Counted from the stretch's first letter, positions 1 to 12,697 are shown. The stretch is DNA of 64,000 nucleotides from Eledone cirrhosa (GCA_964016885.1 OZ024740.1:144212001-144276000); one strand, 5' to 3'. The notes: a model not told the origin generated them from the letters alone. Made by a program: numbers and translations.

Positions 1-536
1 TCAGTTTTTATCACTGGTACAACTAGTTTTAAAAACAAATACCATTCAGTTTAAAAGTTCAAATATTATCTTCAATTAAAATTCTTTCTGCTTTAACATC
101 TACTCAACAATTCTTACAAAAAAAAATGTAATCTTGTCTCACACACATGTAAATGCTAGTGTGCACACACATACTTAATATCATGGATAAAATTGTTAAT
201 GAACTGGAATATGTATGTACTCTAAAAGTAAATAATAAATTATTTAATTTGTTTACCAATCCATAGTTTAGGAGTAAGTTACTAAGCCAGAATCAAGAGC
301 AAAGCACCCTCACCAAAAAGCAAAACAAAGGGAACAACAGAAAAAGGAAGCAAGGTATGAATGAAAAGTATAAGTTAAAAAAAAATCATTATCGAAGTTG
401 GCTGAGAATTCCATTGCATCTTCACTACATGTCTCTAGTGGCTTACCACACCAATCAAGTGGCTAATGAAGTGCATTCCCCTTTCCTTGCCCCCTTAGCA
501 TAGCACCCTCCATCAGAAGACAAGCTAACACCTGGG

Positions 537-818
537 TCATACAAGGTCATAATCTAAGTGCTCTGAACGATAGATGGCAGCACGGTAACTGTACCTATCA
601 GACAGACTGCGCTGCACTGGTTTCATGTTCTTGTTGCTGCTGCTTGCTCCACTGACAACCGACATTGTTACATTTGAAGAGCTACAACGATCTCCACAAT
701 CATCTGCAGTCTCATCATCTTCTCCAATAATTGTTTCAACTAATGAGGATTCAACTTCTGTTTTGTAAGAACTCAATTTTGACTGTAAAAGGTATTTGTA
801 GGTTTGGAATCGTTTTAA
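537..818 (-). CDS. PSD: PSD/EFA6 Arf6-GEF, terminal coding exon (end of coiled coil plus acidic/Ser-rich tail, ends ...DYDLV*)
   Basis: Acceptor tttgctttacag, then LKRFQTYKYLLQSK...; 282 nt, phase 0; TGA at 537-539; in frame with exon 2961-3104. Confidence 0.9.
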   Translation of the reverse strand, partial: LKRFQTYKYLLQSKLSSYKTEVESSLVETIIGEDDETADDCGDRCSSSNVTMSVVSGASSSNKNMKPVQRSLSDRYSYRAAIYRSEHLDYDLV

Positions 819-2960
819 CTGTAAAGCAAAAATAAGTAAAACAAAAAGATTAGAAATATTTGAAAATATAAAAATATATTGTGTATTAATCCTAAAAGCT
901 ACACATTGGAATTTAGAGGATTCAAATCAACAAATTTATCATTGCAACAAGCAAACAAAGCATATAAAAATTCCTTTGAGAATAAATGAATTTGTGAAGT
1001 TAAAAAATAAACATACAAAATACCTACTATGAGAAATCACCAATAGCAGAAACATAACATTATTTATTTAAAAGGACATAAATTTTCAAGTATTTTTGTG
1101 AACTCAGTGTTTGTGGTTTGAAATCTTAATTTTTACAAGTTTCTTTTATTGGGCTCAGTCATTGGAATGTAGCCATGTTGGCTACAGTGTAGAGTCGATC
1201 ACATCAACCCCAACAACTTGTTCTATCAACCTCGGTAGAGTTAAAAGCAAAGTTGACTGGCATGGGATTTGAACTTCATGTTAATGAATCTAACCAAATA
1301 TTATAAAGTGTTTTGTTCAATGTTCTAGTGATTTTGTTATCTACCAACCATTACTTTCTTTACAAGTGATAGCTGACCATATCGAATATATAAAAAAGTT
1401 GGATTACTTTGAATAAATCCTGAATGAATATTATATAATTTAGCTTCTAAATTGTGTAACTCTTGATTAAACACAAATATTCTAATATATAATGTATTGC
1501 TTATTACAAGATTCAAATAGCCGTATGCTATATCACATTGCTTATATAAACATTCACATATTTGCATCATAACGTTTATATTTCTGTCACTAATTTTCTT
1601 TTTCGTTTTCATAACATTTCACCATAATGCAGTTTATATATAATATCGTCTTTTTTAAATGTATCATGGATTACTTTACTGATTACAGAAGAGAGTGTAA
1701 CACAGTCTCTCTTCAATTTCTGTGCATATTTTCAATTACGATTTTATTTGACGTATCATTTCTACATGCATGTATATTTGCATATAATATCAATATGCAC
1801 ACTACACATGCTAGTAAAGTTAATCTAGAGACTTTACAGTACTTAGTTTGAAAGAATTCAAATCCTATCTGAATCAATTTTGCTTTCCATCCCTCATGTA
1901 GTTGATAAAAGTTCCATTCAATCAATTATAAACATTTCCTTTACAAACGTGATCGAGTGAAAGGTTAAAATCATTTTTTTTTAATGTGAGGATTCATTTT
2001 GAAATTAAGTATTTGATAGAAAAAAGCAAATGTAACTTATCAAATTAAATTAAAAATGAAATTGGTTGAAGACAAAAGTAGAAAATCAGATGAGAATATG
2101 TTTATTGAAGAAGATAAAATAATTTGGATCTTTGTCTGGTGAAATGTTAGTAACATTTCTACTTGTGACTTATAATCACTTTAAAACTCTCCTGGTTTGT
2201 ATATATTCAATTAAAAATATCCCTGGTTATCTTCATATAATAATCTTAATGTTATAATTACTATAAAAAAAAACATAAAAGATATAAAGCCAGTAAATGA
2301 AGGAGGCAGGCTTAAGTAGGAATTAGAATAATTTCAATATTGAATACTAAAGAGAATATAGTTCATATAAAAATGCTTATAAAAAATTTTGAATAGATAT
2401 GTTAAGAGGAGTCAAAAAAATGAATTTTTTATCTTGATTTTTAAAGTTTAATAAAATCAACAATAATGAAAATATACATATGTATATTTTTACCCAATGC
2501 AAGGAAACCAGGCATTAAAAATCAATATTTCTGACCACAAATTTAGAGTAACTGAAAAATGTATGATGTTTAGTACAGTTTTTGATAGCTGATAGTTATA
2601 GCTGTGTTGTCCAATGTAAGGACTGCAGAACAAAAGCTTTAGGAAATCCAGTATCAATTATTGGATTTTACAATTCATAACAATGAAAATCAGATGTGAA
2701 ATGTCCATGCATCTATGAAAGATATTTGCTTATCTTGTTCTGGTTTGAATAGTTTTGGAAATTTAGATACCTACATGTAATATTCAGGTGGATTAAACAT
2801 TTTTAATACTTTATTTTAACTACAAATTTCAAAATCAGCATATTGTCTTTTTCTAATGATATAAATTAGAGCAAACACCCAAAAAATTAATGTGAGGAAT
2901 GTAGTAAGTCTTTATCTGTAGAGTTACTTTATCTTCAGTCAGTAATAAAAAGCAACTTAC

Positions 2961-3104
2961 CTCTGATTCTAAAAATTGCTCTTTTTCAAGGTAATCCTGG
3001 ATTATACGCGATTTAGCGCCTTTTTCTGGTGGACACAACCTGTGTTCATGTAACTCTTTTTCTAGCTGAGTTACTTTTTCTTGATGATGAGCCAACTGCT
3101 CACT
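2961..3104 (-). CDS. PSD: PSD/EFA6 exon, coiled-coil region (SEQLAHHQEKVTQLEKELHEHR...FLESE)
   Basis: ttttcag acceptor, GAG|gtaagt donor, 144 nt, phase 0/0. Confidence 0.92.
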
Positions 3105-3194
3105 CTGAAAAGGAGTAGAAAATGATACATTTTATTGGGTTATAACTAACACCTGCAAAACTAATTTGGAAAATGGTCACAACTCCAATGATAT

Positions 3195-3538
3195 AAATTA
3201 GTGTTCAACCCCTCTGATAGCAAACCACCCCTGGTGCTACGATAGAAAGCCATTTCTTTTAAAGTGTTAATATTTGAATTAAAACCTTCAAGTCTTTTGA
3301 TATCTAACTGCCCCTGGTATTGTGATACAAAATTGTGTTTTAAGGTGTTCATAGCTAGCTGAAAATCTTTTTTTATATTTGTGCCGAAAGTAGAAACAAT
3401 TATATTTCTATGTAAGAAAATTTGTAGGTTCCAAACACCAGCTTTGATAATGAGAAAATTAGTTATATTAGTAAATCCTTTTCATATTTTCAAAATTATT
3501 TGTGTCTTTCATGAGAAATATGGCAACAAAAGGGTTAA
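3195..3538. mobile_element. TTAA-flanked MITE of about 340 bp with CCCTT...AAGGG ends (piggyBac-like, non-autonomous); related copies near 7277-8000, 11733-11965, 23446-24590, 24811-25233, 25292-25531, 33655-33864, 39988-40190
   Basis: Ends in aaaagggttaa; recurring internal segments (ccaaacaccagctt, aaaccacctgaaac) across copies. Boundaries approximate. Confidence 0.55.
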
Positions 3539-3689
3539 GTTATGCTTCAAACATCATCATCATCATTTAACATCCATTTTCAACATTTGAATATGAGAAA
3601 ATTTGTAATACTACAAAATCTCTATAAGTTCTTGATTATTTTAAAAAATTTATGGAAAAACAAAATGAATTAGAAGTCGTCGTCATCAT

Positions 3690-5040
3690 TATAATAATTA
3701 ACATCAATTTTTCCACACTTTCAGGGGTTAGAGAGGTTGTTACGTTACCAGATAAGTCAGGTCAAGTGACCATGTCTTGCTCATATGGATTTATATTTTG
3801 GCATGGATTCTATAGCTGGATACACTTCCTAACACCAACCAGGTAACAGTGTAGACTGGGGGCTTTTTTTTATTCATGGCACTAGTACGTCAACCTTACA
3901 GGGTGTATTGGGTGCTTTTTTTCCTGAGTTACCAGCACGACCACCTTACAGGGCCAACTGAATACTTTTTTCTTGTGTCACCAACGTATCACTATACAGG
4001 ATGGACTGGGAGCCTCTTGTATCCCTAGCATGACCACCTTACAGGATAGATTGGATGTGGCCTCTTGTCATATTACCAGCACAACCACCTTACAAGATGG
4101 ACTGGGTGTTTTTGCTGTTGTGGCACCAGATCTCCATACAGAGTAAACTTAATGTTTTCTTTGTCATGGCAGCAGCATTGAGGGAAATTAGATGTGGAAT
4201 GTGTCCAGTTTTCCATACTTGTATGCATAGGTTTGGCATGAGAGGTGTGTGAAGAGTGAGAGTTAGAGATGAACGAGTAAGCAAGTTAAACATGGACAAG
4301 GTGAGTGGGATATTTAGCTATTGGGGGGTATTAACACTGGGGAGGGTGAATGGGGAGAAAATTGGTGCAGTCTAGTGTCTACTATATGTTTGTTTCATCC
4401 TGTACCCATGGGAAGGCAGGTCTTCTACATTGGGCAAGGTCAACTTTTATTAATTCATCCCAAGCTTTTCTAGGTCTCCCACTTTCATAGTTTCCTTAGT
4501 TGACTTTGAGCACCCTGCATCTTTTTATACAGCTGTCATTCTCCATACGCATCATATGGCCACACCATCTCAATCTCCTCTCCCGCTAATGCTCAGTTTC
4601 TCTCTCAGTTTATTGATACTTTGCTGTTCATGTATACTACTGTTACACATCCATCAGATCATGCAAGCTTCATTTCTTTCCAATCTTTGTAAGTCCTCCA
4701 CACACTGTGCCCAGGTTTCACTTCCATGCAGCATTGCTGTTCGTACACAAGCAGCATGCAATCTGCTTTTCATTTTAAGGAAAAACCTTTTGTAGCTAGC
4801 AGTGGTAGTAACTCCTTGAACATTTTTTATCTTGTTCTCACTCTGGCTACTGTACTATCAGAACGCCTACCTCCACTGCTAATTTGGTCACCCAGTTAAC
4901 AGAAGCTATGGAACCCTCTGAGCATTTAATGGAGTTTGTTTCCTGTGAGCATTGACCACATATAAAACTTATGTTCTTTGCTAGCGTACCTGAGATTCCA
5001 CTATGTATACCCATAGTTTGCGTTTAGGACATAGGATGGA
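3690..5040 (-). mobile_element. Degenerate RTE LINE 3' fragment (PHD end, C-terminal domain, 3' UTR with tandem ~43-bp subrepeats at 3840-4130)
   Basis: Reverse complement matches 15100-16170 (MLHGSETWA, RLERNEACM); frameshifted. Confidence 0.8.
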
Positions 5041-5168
5041 ATACAAAATAAATCAAAGTTCAATAGCAGTTTTTTAAAAATAATGATTAATGTTTGTCAT
5101 AAAATACATATGGTTTTATTTTTGTAAAATTGTAGAAGTACTTTTGGTCATTAAAAAAAGGTACATAC

Positions 5169-5313
5169 CAGATTCTTCTTAGTATAAGAAGAAGGCATTA
5201 GAGGCCGCTGAAATTTTTTCTTAGAACCTATCCCTCCAGGCAAGGGTGGGGCAGAAAGACTAGCTGCAACATAATTAATAGTTTCCATCCACTCTTGGAG
5301 TTCCTTACTGTCA
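5169..5313 (-). CDS. PSD: PSD/EFA6 exon, PH C-terminal helix plus conserved motif (DSKELQEWMETINYVAASLSAPPLPGGIGSKKKFQRPLMPS)
   Basis: cttacag acceptor, CTG|gtatgt donor, 145 nt; the AA.LSAPP...KKF.RP motif is characteristic of EFA6. Confidence 0.95.
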
Positions 5314-5522
5314 CTGTAAGAATGGAAGATTAACAAAGATATCAAAAGTAAGTATTTGTAGAGAAACTGATTCTACTGATTGTTTATTGCTTTCCAGATA
5401 GTTCCTTGCATAGACTATTTGGAACAAAATATTTTTCAGGAATATTCTGGAATGAGGAGAAAATAAAATTTTGACATTAGTTAATAAGAAAAGAAAACAA
5501 AAAATAAACGGAAAAAGCATAC

Positions 5523-5751
5523 CTAGTTTGGAAGAGATATTCAGCCCAGTCTGATGTGTGCAAACGAAATACATGCTGTTTTTTTGTGTAATCTGATGCT
5601 CGAGTGGCAATGGAATGATGAATACGGATGGCATTACTTGAGTTTTCAATTAAGTTACCTTTCTTGAACCCATGCTCATCCTTATGAAGATAAAGGATCA
5701 TATCTCGTAACGAAGCATAAAACATCTTCCAGCCTCGCTTGCCAAATGACG
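5523..5751 (-). CDS. PSD: PSD/EFA6 exon, PH domain core (SFGKRGWKMFYASLRDMILYLHKDE...IHHSIATRASDYTKKQHVFRLHTSDWAEYLFQT)
   Basis: ctttcag acceptor, AG|gtatgc donor, 229 nt; EFA6-type PH motifs GKRGWK and HHS.AT.A.DY.KK. Confidence 0.96.
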
Positions 5752-6039
5752 CTGAAAGGAAGAAGCAGAGGAATGAGATACATATATAAAAGAATAAATA
5801 TTATAACCAAATATTTTCAAACACAAGACTTGCCATCACCACCACCATGATCATCATTAATGCACACCAGTGTAGCAATTGGATCACCACAAACAATTAA
5901 CATCCATTCTTTCAATAACTATCATCATCATTCAAGGTTCATTTTTCCATACTGGCATGAGTCGGATTATAATCTAATAATGTTACTAAAGAGATGGCTA
6001 TCACTGATAAGATAAACCAATTATGCATGTATATATAAA

Positions 6040-6935
6040 TAGATGCTTTTCTTACTGACCATTGACTTTGTCATGAGGAAATCAATGGAAATTCATGCTC
6101 AGACTAAAAATGTTGATATCCAATGGACCAATTCTAAGAAACTGACAGATTTGGATTTCACCGATGTTTTGGCATTATTGAGGTACAACAGTGGACAAAT
6201 TCAAACAATAACACAGAAAAATTTGCAGCAAAAATTGGATTCAGAATTAACAGAAAAAAGACCAAAGTGATGCAAGTTGATAAGAAAATTGCTGAGAAAT
6301 TGCATATTGAAACACAGGCAATAGAAGTGGTCAACCAGTTCACTTATTTAGGCAGCATTATCTCCAATGAAGGCCTCACTGAGCTTGATGTAAACTGGAG
6401 AATTGGAAAGGCATCAGGAGTATTTCAGTGCATGACAATCATTTGGTCATCGCAAATAATCTCCATACCCATCAAACCACAGCTCTTCAACAGCAATATA
6501 ATCACAACTGTCATATATGCTAGTGAAACCTGAAAAATGACTTCCAAAATTTTAGAGAAGCTCAAGGTTTTCCAACAAAAATGCCTTAGAAGAACTCTGA
6601 AAAAATCACTTATTGAGACTGGATTACTAATGTAGAGGTGCTGAAGAAAGTAAACAGAGATTACTGACTGACACCATCACTGAAAGGCACCTGAATCTGA
6701 CTGGACACATTCTGTGCATGTCTGTGTACTGGAACTCCACTGTGGCAATGAGAGGGATCCCAGTCAGTGGTAGTGGAAAAAAGGGAGACCCAAGAAAACC
6801 TGGTGCTCAACTTTCAAAGATCTCCAGGGGATTGGACTAGACTGGAAAACTTTGCAAGATGCTGCAGCTGATCATGTAAATTGGAGAAGACTCATTGCCC
6901 AATATGCCCCAGGGCATAGGAGAACCCAAGACTAA
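6040..6935 (+). mobile_element. Degenerate RTE-clade LINE 3' fragment of a different family (no PHD)
   Basis: LTDLDFTDVLALL (RT YADD region), FTYLGSII, RIGKAS, YASETW, GRPKKTW motifs with stops and frameshifts. Confidence 0.8.
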
Positions 6936-7499
6936 GATATAAATAGAAGTGGTTGATACCTTTTGTTACCTGTGACCTACTTATCAGTGGGGGAGGTTTT
7001 TCTGAAAGCATGGTAATTTTCATTTACCCTTCCAGTATACCCCATAAGCAGGTCTTCTGTTTATCTGCTAATCTGAACATTGGCACATACACCAACAGTT
7101 ATGATTACTCTCTAGTTAATAACCAACAAATGAAAAGTAACATTCTAAAATTCACTTTGACTGGATCAGGATGAGATAGTAGAATTAGTCTGTGATAGAT
7201 ATCGATATGTAAAAGAGTTTAATATTTGTTGTTTATTTTTTATGCTCTCTATTTTAATAAACAAAAATAAATGTTTTAAACTTTTCAATACCAACTAGCT
7301 CAAAATCGCCTTTGGTTCTATGAAAAAGAAAAAAAAAAAATACTCATTTTAAAAGGGTTTTATCTATATTAAAATCTTCCAACCTAATTTTATATATATA
7401 AGTTTTTTGTTAAATATTTGGTCAGCTGTGCTGAGTCTAGAGTGAAAACCACACTGTTCATCAGCTATCTTGGATTCAATACGACAGGTCTTTGAGAAA

Positions 7500-7892
7500 T
7501 CATGATGTGCAACCGGGTTGGAAGTGGTATCATGACTAGCAGATGTAGGATCAGTTGGCTAAAATTTGCAGATGACATGGTATTACTTAACTCGTCAGAA
7601 GGTGATTTCCAACATGCACTTGAATAAAAATTAGTGCTGCTAAGACAAAGACATTTGTTCTCGCAAAGAGAGCACTGCAGAGTTCTACTGAAGCAGGTGA
7701 TGGAGAAGTTCAAGTATCTCATGAGTGAACGGAAGGTGGTTGGATAACATCCATGAGCTTAGCTGGTTTCGCTTAGGGATCCACCCAGATCAATTGGAGA
7801 TGATTGCTTCTGACAGGATATGGTGGAAGGATTGTTTGAGGACTTTTCCCTCACGACCCTCTGAGGAATAAGTGGGCGAAGAAGAAGAGAAG
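7500..7892 (+). mobile_element. Internally deleted Expander/Rex3-like RTE fragment with (GAA)n tail, inside a TTAA MITE
   Basis: FADDMVLL and QVMEKFKYL remnants; the 3' end ataagtgggcgaagaagaagaag is shared with 25635-25660 and 39130-39150. Confidence 0.6.
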
Positions 7893-8058
7893 CTTTTCGT
7901 TAAGTTATGCTACAAATAACATCTTAATGAAACAATAACCTCTCTAAATTCTTCATGAATTAATTAAAATACAGTAGAAATATGGTAACAAAAGGGTTAA
8001 GCAACCAAATGCCATGTAAAATATTTTACTAGTAAAACAAAAATTATAAACAACATAC

Positions 8059-8140
8059 TACGTCGACCATCTGGATCTAAACAGCACTTGCGCATTACAT
8101 ATCCTTTCTTATACTCTGTGGTTTGATTAGGGTCAGGTAT
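8059..8140 (-). CDS. PSD: PSD/EFA6 exon, start of PH domain (IPDPNQTTEYKKGYVMRKCCLDPDGRR)
   Basis: ctttcag acceptor, A|gtatgt donor, 82 nt; the split codon ACG joins to SFGKRGWK. Confidence 0.93.
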
Positions 8141-9995
8141 CTGAAAGGAAAATAATAAAATTTACTTATATAAATATTGTTACGATCTTCTTGGCACTCC
8201 ATGAATTTAAATTTAAAAATAAGAAAAAATTGTTTTCTTCCAGCAGAGGTGGAAGTGATAGTAAACAATATATATCACCTATTATCCTATCCATATAAAA
8301 ATACTTAGGATAATTATTTTCTGGGTAGATTACCAATTTAATCAATAAAATGAGGAAATGATGTAATCAAGATAACTTGAGATAATATTTTAGATATGTA
8401 ACAGAATAGCAATAGGAATTGACCTCCATTGGTTTCAACAATGAATGTTCTTATTGTTTGATCAATGGAACAGGCTGCTCATGAAATTAATGTCTGTGTA
8501 TTCCACAAACACAGGTAGCCATAACATAATTCTTAAGATTTAGCTCCCTAGAAGTTGTTGATAGCTTTTGGTACCTAGAGAACTTAATCAGCAGTTGGGG
8601 AGGATGTTCTGAAAGTGTGAGAGCCAGGGTAAGAATGGGCTGCAAGAAGTTTAGGGAGTTGGTGCCTCAGCTGACAACAAAAGGGCTTTTCTCTCAGAGG
8701 GAAGAGTAGATTGCATGATGCCTGTGCATAAACTGCAATTCTACATGGCAGTGAGATATACTATATACATTTCAATTAACAAACTGTTTTTAATATTTTC
8801 TGGTAAATCATTATAGAATTTTTCCTTGAATAAAGCTTAAAATCTTAAACCTTTATCAAAGGTAAAATATACTTTAGCTTGATATAGATTTCACCTTTTC
8901 CCTAAGTGCTAAATAAGTCTCACTATATCTAGGCTGTCATATCTGATACTAGATTTATTTCAAGTATAACTACTCACTTTGATAGACAAGCCCCATTACA
9001 AATTCTTTTCAACAATATCTCTCTGCTTCTTCATGATATACATTCTCAATACCTGCCCTCACCCAAATCCTTTTCTCTCACAACTGTAATCTTCTGAAAT
9101 ACCTACTTTGCCCACATATTACCATCAAACATTAATCATATTAACTTTATTAATAGGTATCCCCCACGTATTTGTTCAAATAGAACCCCCCCCCCCATAC
9201 TCTGAGTTTTTTACCCTTCCTGCTCAAACAACAAAAAATGATTTGTTTAGTTAGGGAAGTAGAAAGCTATCCATAAACTGTAAATCTGGTCTGAATACTA
9301 GCAACAGAGTGTACTCCACTAAAGGAACCTATGGGAAGATGGTGGTATTAAAGCAGGAGATGGAATAAGTCTATCACACAGGTAGACCAGAGCTGGATTT
9401 GAACCCAGAATGCAAAGAGCTGGAATAATAACATAAGGCATTTCATCTGATGTTCTAACAATTCAGACAATCCACTAACCTGGATTGGTACTTTATTTTA
9501 TCACTCCCAAAAGATTGAAATGCAAAGTTAAGCATGTGTAAGGTATTTTGTCCTTTACTAATAACTCTGCCAATTTACCAGCTGTTCAACATATATAATA
9601 TTCATATAAGATAAACAAACCCTGTCAATGAACTGAAAGTATATATTTTGTGAATACATATTTGTTGTGTATCTCTTTTACTAGCAAAGTTAAATGTTTC
9701 CTTCCCTTTTCTTGTTGAATGAAGGCAACTTATCAACAACATTATCATAATTTAACATCCATTTCCCCTGCTAGCAGGGGTCAGACAGATTGTCACAAAA
9801 CAAGACAGTACTTAATTGGAGCTACTGACCTCTCAGATGGGCTGAGGGTTACATCTTGCTTACATACGTTTCGGAACTCTGACTTCACCAAGTACATTTT
9901 ATCGTGGCACCAGCATTAGGTAGGTTGTCACGTCTTTGACATAACTGAAGAGTTTTTTTAATCCTTAGATAAGCAAGTTTCCTTTTACAGCTGTG

Positions 9996-10147
9996 TGCCC
10001 TTCCCATCATCCATAACTTTACAGACTGTATTAGGTGCATTTTATCATGTCACCAGTACAAAAGAGACTGTTGTGTCCTCTTTGGTACTGGCGACATGAT
10101 AAAACACACCCAATACAGTCTGAAAGTTGTAGGTGATGGGAAGGGCA
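9996..10147. repeat. Imperfect inverted repeat (arms about 70 bp, short loop) built from RTE 3'-UTR units
   Basis: tgcccttcccatca...ccagtacaaaagag is the reverse complement of ctctttggtactgg...tgatgggaagggca. Confidence 0.85.
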
Positions 10148-10416
10148 TATATCATAATATATTCAATCATAAGAACAGCACAATTTAAATTTGAACTAGT
10201 TATTTTGTGAAAGAATTCCAACCGTATGTCTCAAAAATAGAGTAAACTGAGTAACCATATAGCATAATTTAAAAAATTGAAGTTACATGTGTAGGCATGC
10301 ATGCATTTTATGTCCATTTCCCATGCTGGCATGGGTTGAATGGGTTATCACACTACAACTAGACAGGTAGATAAATATGTATATAATAAACAATAATAAT
10401 GTTAACTACAATTTAC

Positions 10417-10519
10417 CTCTAAGAAAGGGTTGTGACCAAGTCGATTTGGAGTTTCACTTAATGGCACTTGTCGCCGGTCATTTGGGACTGTTGTTTCATT
10501 ATCTTGCAGATCATCATCT
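10417..10519 (-). CDS. PSD: PSD/EFA6 exon, Sec7-PH linker (DDDLQDNETTVPND...LGHNPFLE)
   Basis: tatttag acceptor, GAG|gtaaat donor, 103 nt; phases match both neighbours; NPFL motif precedes the PH domain. Confidence 0.88.
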
Positions 10520-12022
10520 CTAAATAAATAAATAGATAAAATATAAAGTTATTTTTTATACAGTGAAATAAAATACAAAAGGAAATTTAAGTTCAATGGT
10601 GTAACAAAGATATTAGGTGAAAACACTTCTCATACAAAATGTTTTAATATATATTTAAATAATGAAAATTTAACAGAATAAGTGAAAAAATATACTATAG
10701 CAAATTCTCAATGACAATACTCAGCTTAACCACAGTACTGTGGAACAGCCTGCTCATGAAATTAATGTGTAAGTGGCTGAGCATTCTATGGACATGTGAC
10801 TCTCAGAGAGATTAAACATGAGACAGTGTGTGACAAGGCTTGCCTTTTGAATTATGGGTACAGTCCATTTGATGAGCTTTTAAAGAGTTTTTATAAATCT
10901 AATTTCACTCAAAAGACGTGTTGACCCAAGGATATGGTAAATGAAACTCACCCTAGATGCCACATAGTGGGATCGAATCTAGGACCTAATGATTGCAAAG
11001 CAATCTTCTTATTCATTTGGCTTTGTTACATCCACAGAGAGAACAGCTGGGCAATATATGGATCAACCAGTGTGTCAGAAAGATACCTACTCTGGTTAGA
11101 ACATGGAGTATGATAAATTATGAGCATTTGAATTGAAGACTGATGCGGTCAGCAAATTACATCAATAGTAGAGGAAGACTAATGAAAACAAGGGAAGAAA
11201 TTATGTCAAATTTCCGGTTACTGGGTTTCATGGATAAGATGACATAAGTTTGCAATGTATCACACAACAGATTCAATAAGGTATGTTAAAATGATAATCA
11301 TGATGATTACAATGGTTTTAGGCCCACTGACCAATTTAGCTGTGCATCAAACCAGCCCTAACACACTTGATGCAACTGCTTCCTCTTCTAACATGGACGA
11401 GATGAAAAAAGACTAAGGTGAATGGAAGATTTGTTCAACCCATTCTAGCATGGAAGAACAAATGTTAAAATGATTATTTGGAAACTCTTATTCCAAAATG
11501 CCTTTTAGTTCAGACAAACTTATATGAGTACAATCAGAATTCATAACTAGTTTATTGGGGAGCCACAAGTAATATAAGCAGCTTACACTTATTTTCCACA
11601 CTGCAGTGTTAATAAACAGTTATTTTTTGTGTTTAATCCTAGCTATAGGTTCCAAGAAAACTGCATGTCAAGTCTAAATATGTAACTATATGGATAAAAG
11701 ATTTTATACTACCAGTATTTGAACAATATGTTCAACTCTTTTGATACCACACACCCTGAAACAGCAATTAGTTCTATGATAAAAAAAAACTATTTTTAAA
11801 TGTTCATATTTATCGAAAAACTTTGTATCATTTTATGTAAGAACCTTTTTTAAGTTAAGCTCCAAACACCAACTTAATAATGAGTAAGTTAGTTATATTA
11901 CTAAATTCCTCTAAATTCTTGATTATTTTCAAAATTATTAGAAATACGGTAACATAAGCATTGAACAAATGAATACCAAAACACCAAAATATTCATAAAT
12001 AATTGAAAAAAGAAGTACTTAC

Positions 12023-12156
12023 GGAGCCCATTCTATAGGTTCCATTTTGATAGCCGCATAGATTTGACGAAGGTCTTCTTTTGGAAAATTGTCCCCATCA
12101 TTCAGTTCACACAAATTTTCGATGAACTCATTACAGTTCATCTTCCGGCCAACATT
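12023..12156 (-). CDS. PSD: PSD/EFA6 exon, end of Sec7 domain (NVGRKMNCNEFIENLCELNDGDNFPKEDLRQIYAAIKMEPIEWA)
   Basis: gttctag acceptor, CC|gtaagt donor, 134 nt; typical Sec7 C-terminal helices. Confidence 0.95.
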
Positions 12157-12335
12157 CTAGAACAGATTTTGATTAGAACATTTCAACAGCTTTTGTTTCT
12201 CTTTCTTTCTCTCCCTATTATACTCTTGATTATCACATTTGATTTATTCTAAATAAAATACTTTTATAGGGAAAATAAAGAGAATGATCAAGGGTAGTTT
12301 TAGAGCAATGAATCTAATATATATATATATATATA

Positions 12336-12613
12336 TATATTGAATACACAAGAATCAAAGTTATGTTTAAAACATTTAATCGCTGACAATTGTTTCTTCC
12401 AAACCTAGGCTTGGAGTCTTCAGAGCATTATTAATGTTTGTACACACAATTAACCTCCTATTCAACTGAAGAATCATACAGATACATATATATTGACAAC
12501 AGTTTCATGTTTACAGTGTGGAATGGATGCAACATATATTATATTATACTATAATTGTACAATAATTCAAATTAAGATTAAAATCAAAATTAAATTTAAA
12601 ATTAAAAGCATAG
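12336..12613. repeat. Left arm of a ~275-bp near-perfect inverted repeat (right arm = 13437-13517 + 16172-16367)
   Basis: Direct reverse-complement comparison; only about 2 substitutions seen. Confidence 0.92.
12378..12429 (-). ncRNA. Minimal type I hammerhead ribozyme motif (Penelope/retrozyme-like)
   Basis: aaugcu-CUGAAGA-c-uccaagc-cuag-guuugga-a-GAAAC-aauu-GUC-agcgauu: stem I, conserved core, 7-bp stem II, palindromic minimal stem III, GUC cleavage triplet. Confidence 0.75.
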
Positions 12614-12631
12614 ATCTAATTTATCATGCAA

Positions 12632-12697
12632 AATAACGTATAGCTGTTTGCATGATAAATTAGATCTAATTTATCATGCAAACAGCTATACGTTATT
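12632..12697. repeat. Perfect 66-bp palindrome with no spacer, centred on AGATCT
   Basis: aataacgtatagctgtttgcatgataaattaga|tctaatttatcatgcaaacagctatacgttatt; a partial third copy lies at 12611-12632. Confidence 0.95.

Noticed and set aside
3840-4130. Regularly spaced ~43-bp repeats resembling a CRISPR array
   Set aside because: Degenerate tandem units of the RTE 3' UTR, no unique spacers, no cas genes, eukaryotic context.
12157-12248. Alternative acceptor (tttag at 12249-12253) extending the Sec7 exon
   Set aside because: The extension introduces stops and breaks phase with exon 19342-19400; the acceptor at 12157 gives the proper Sec7 sequence.
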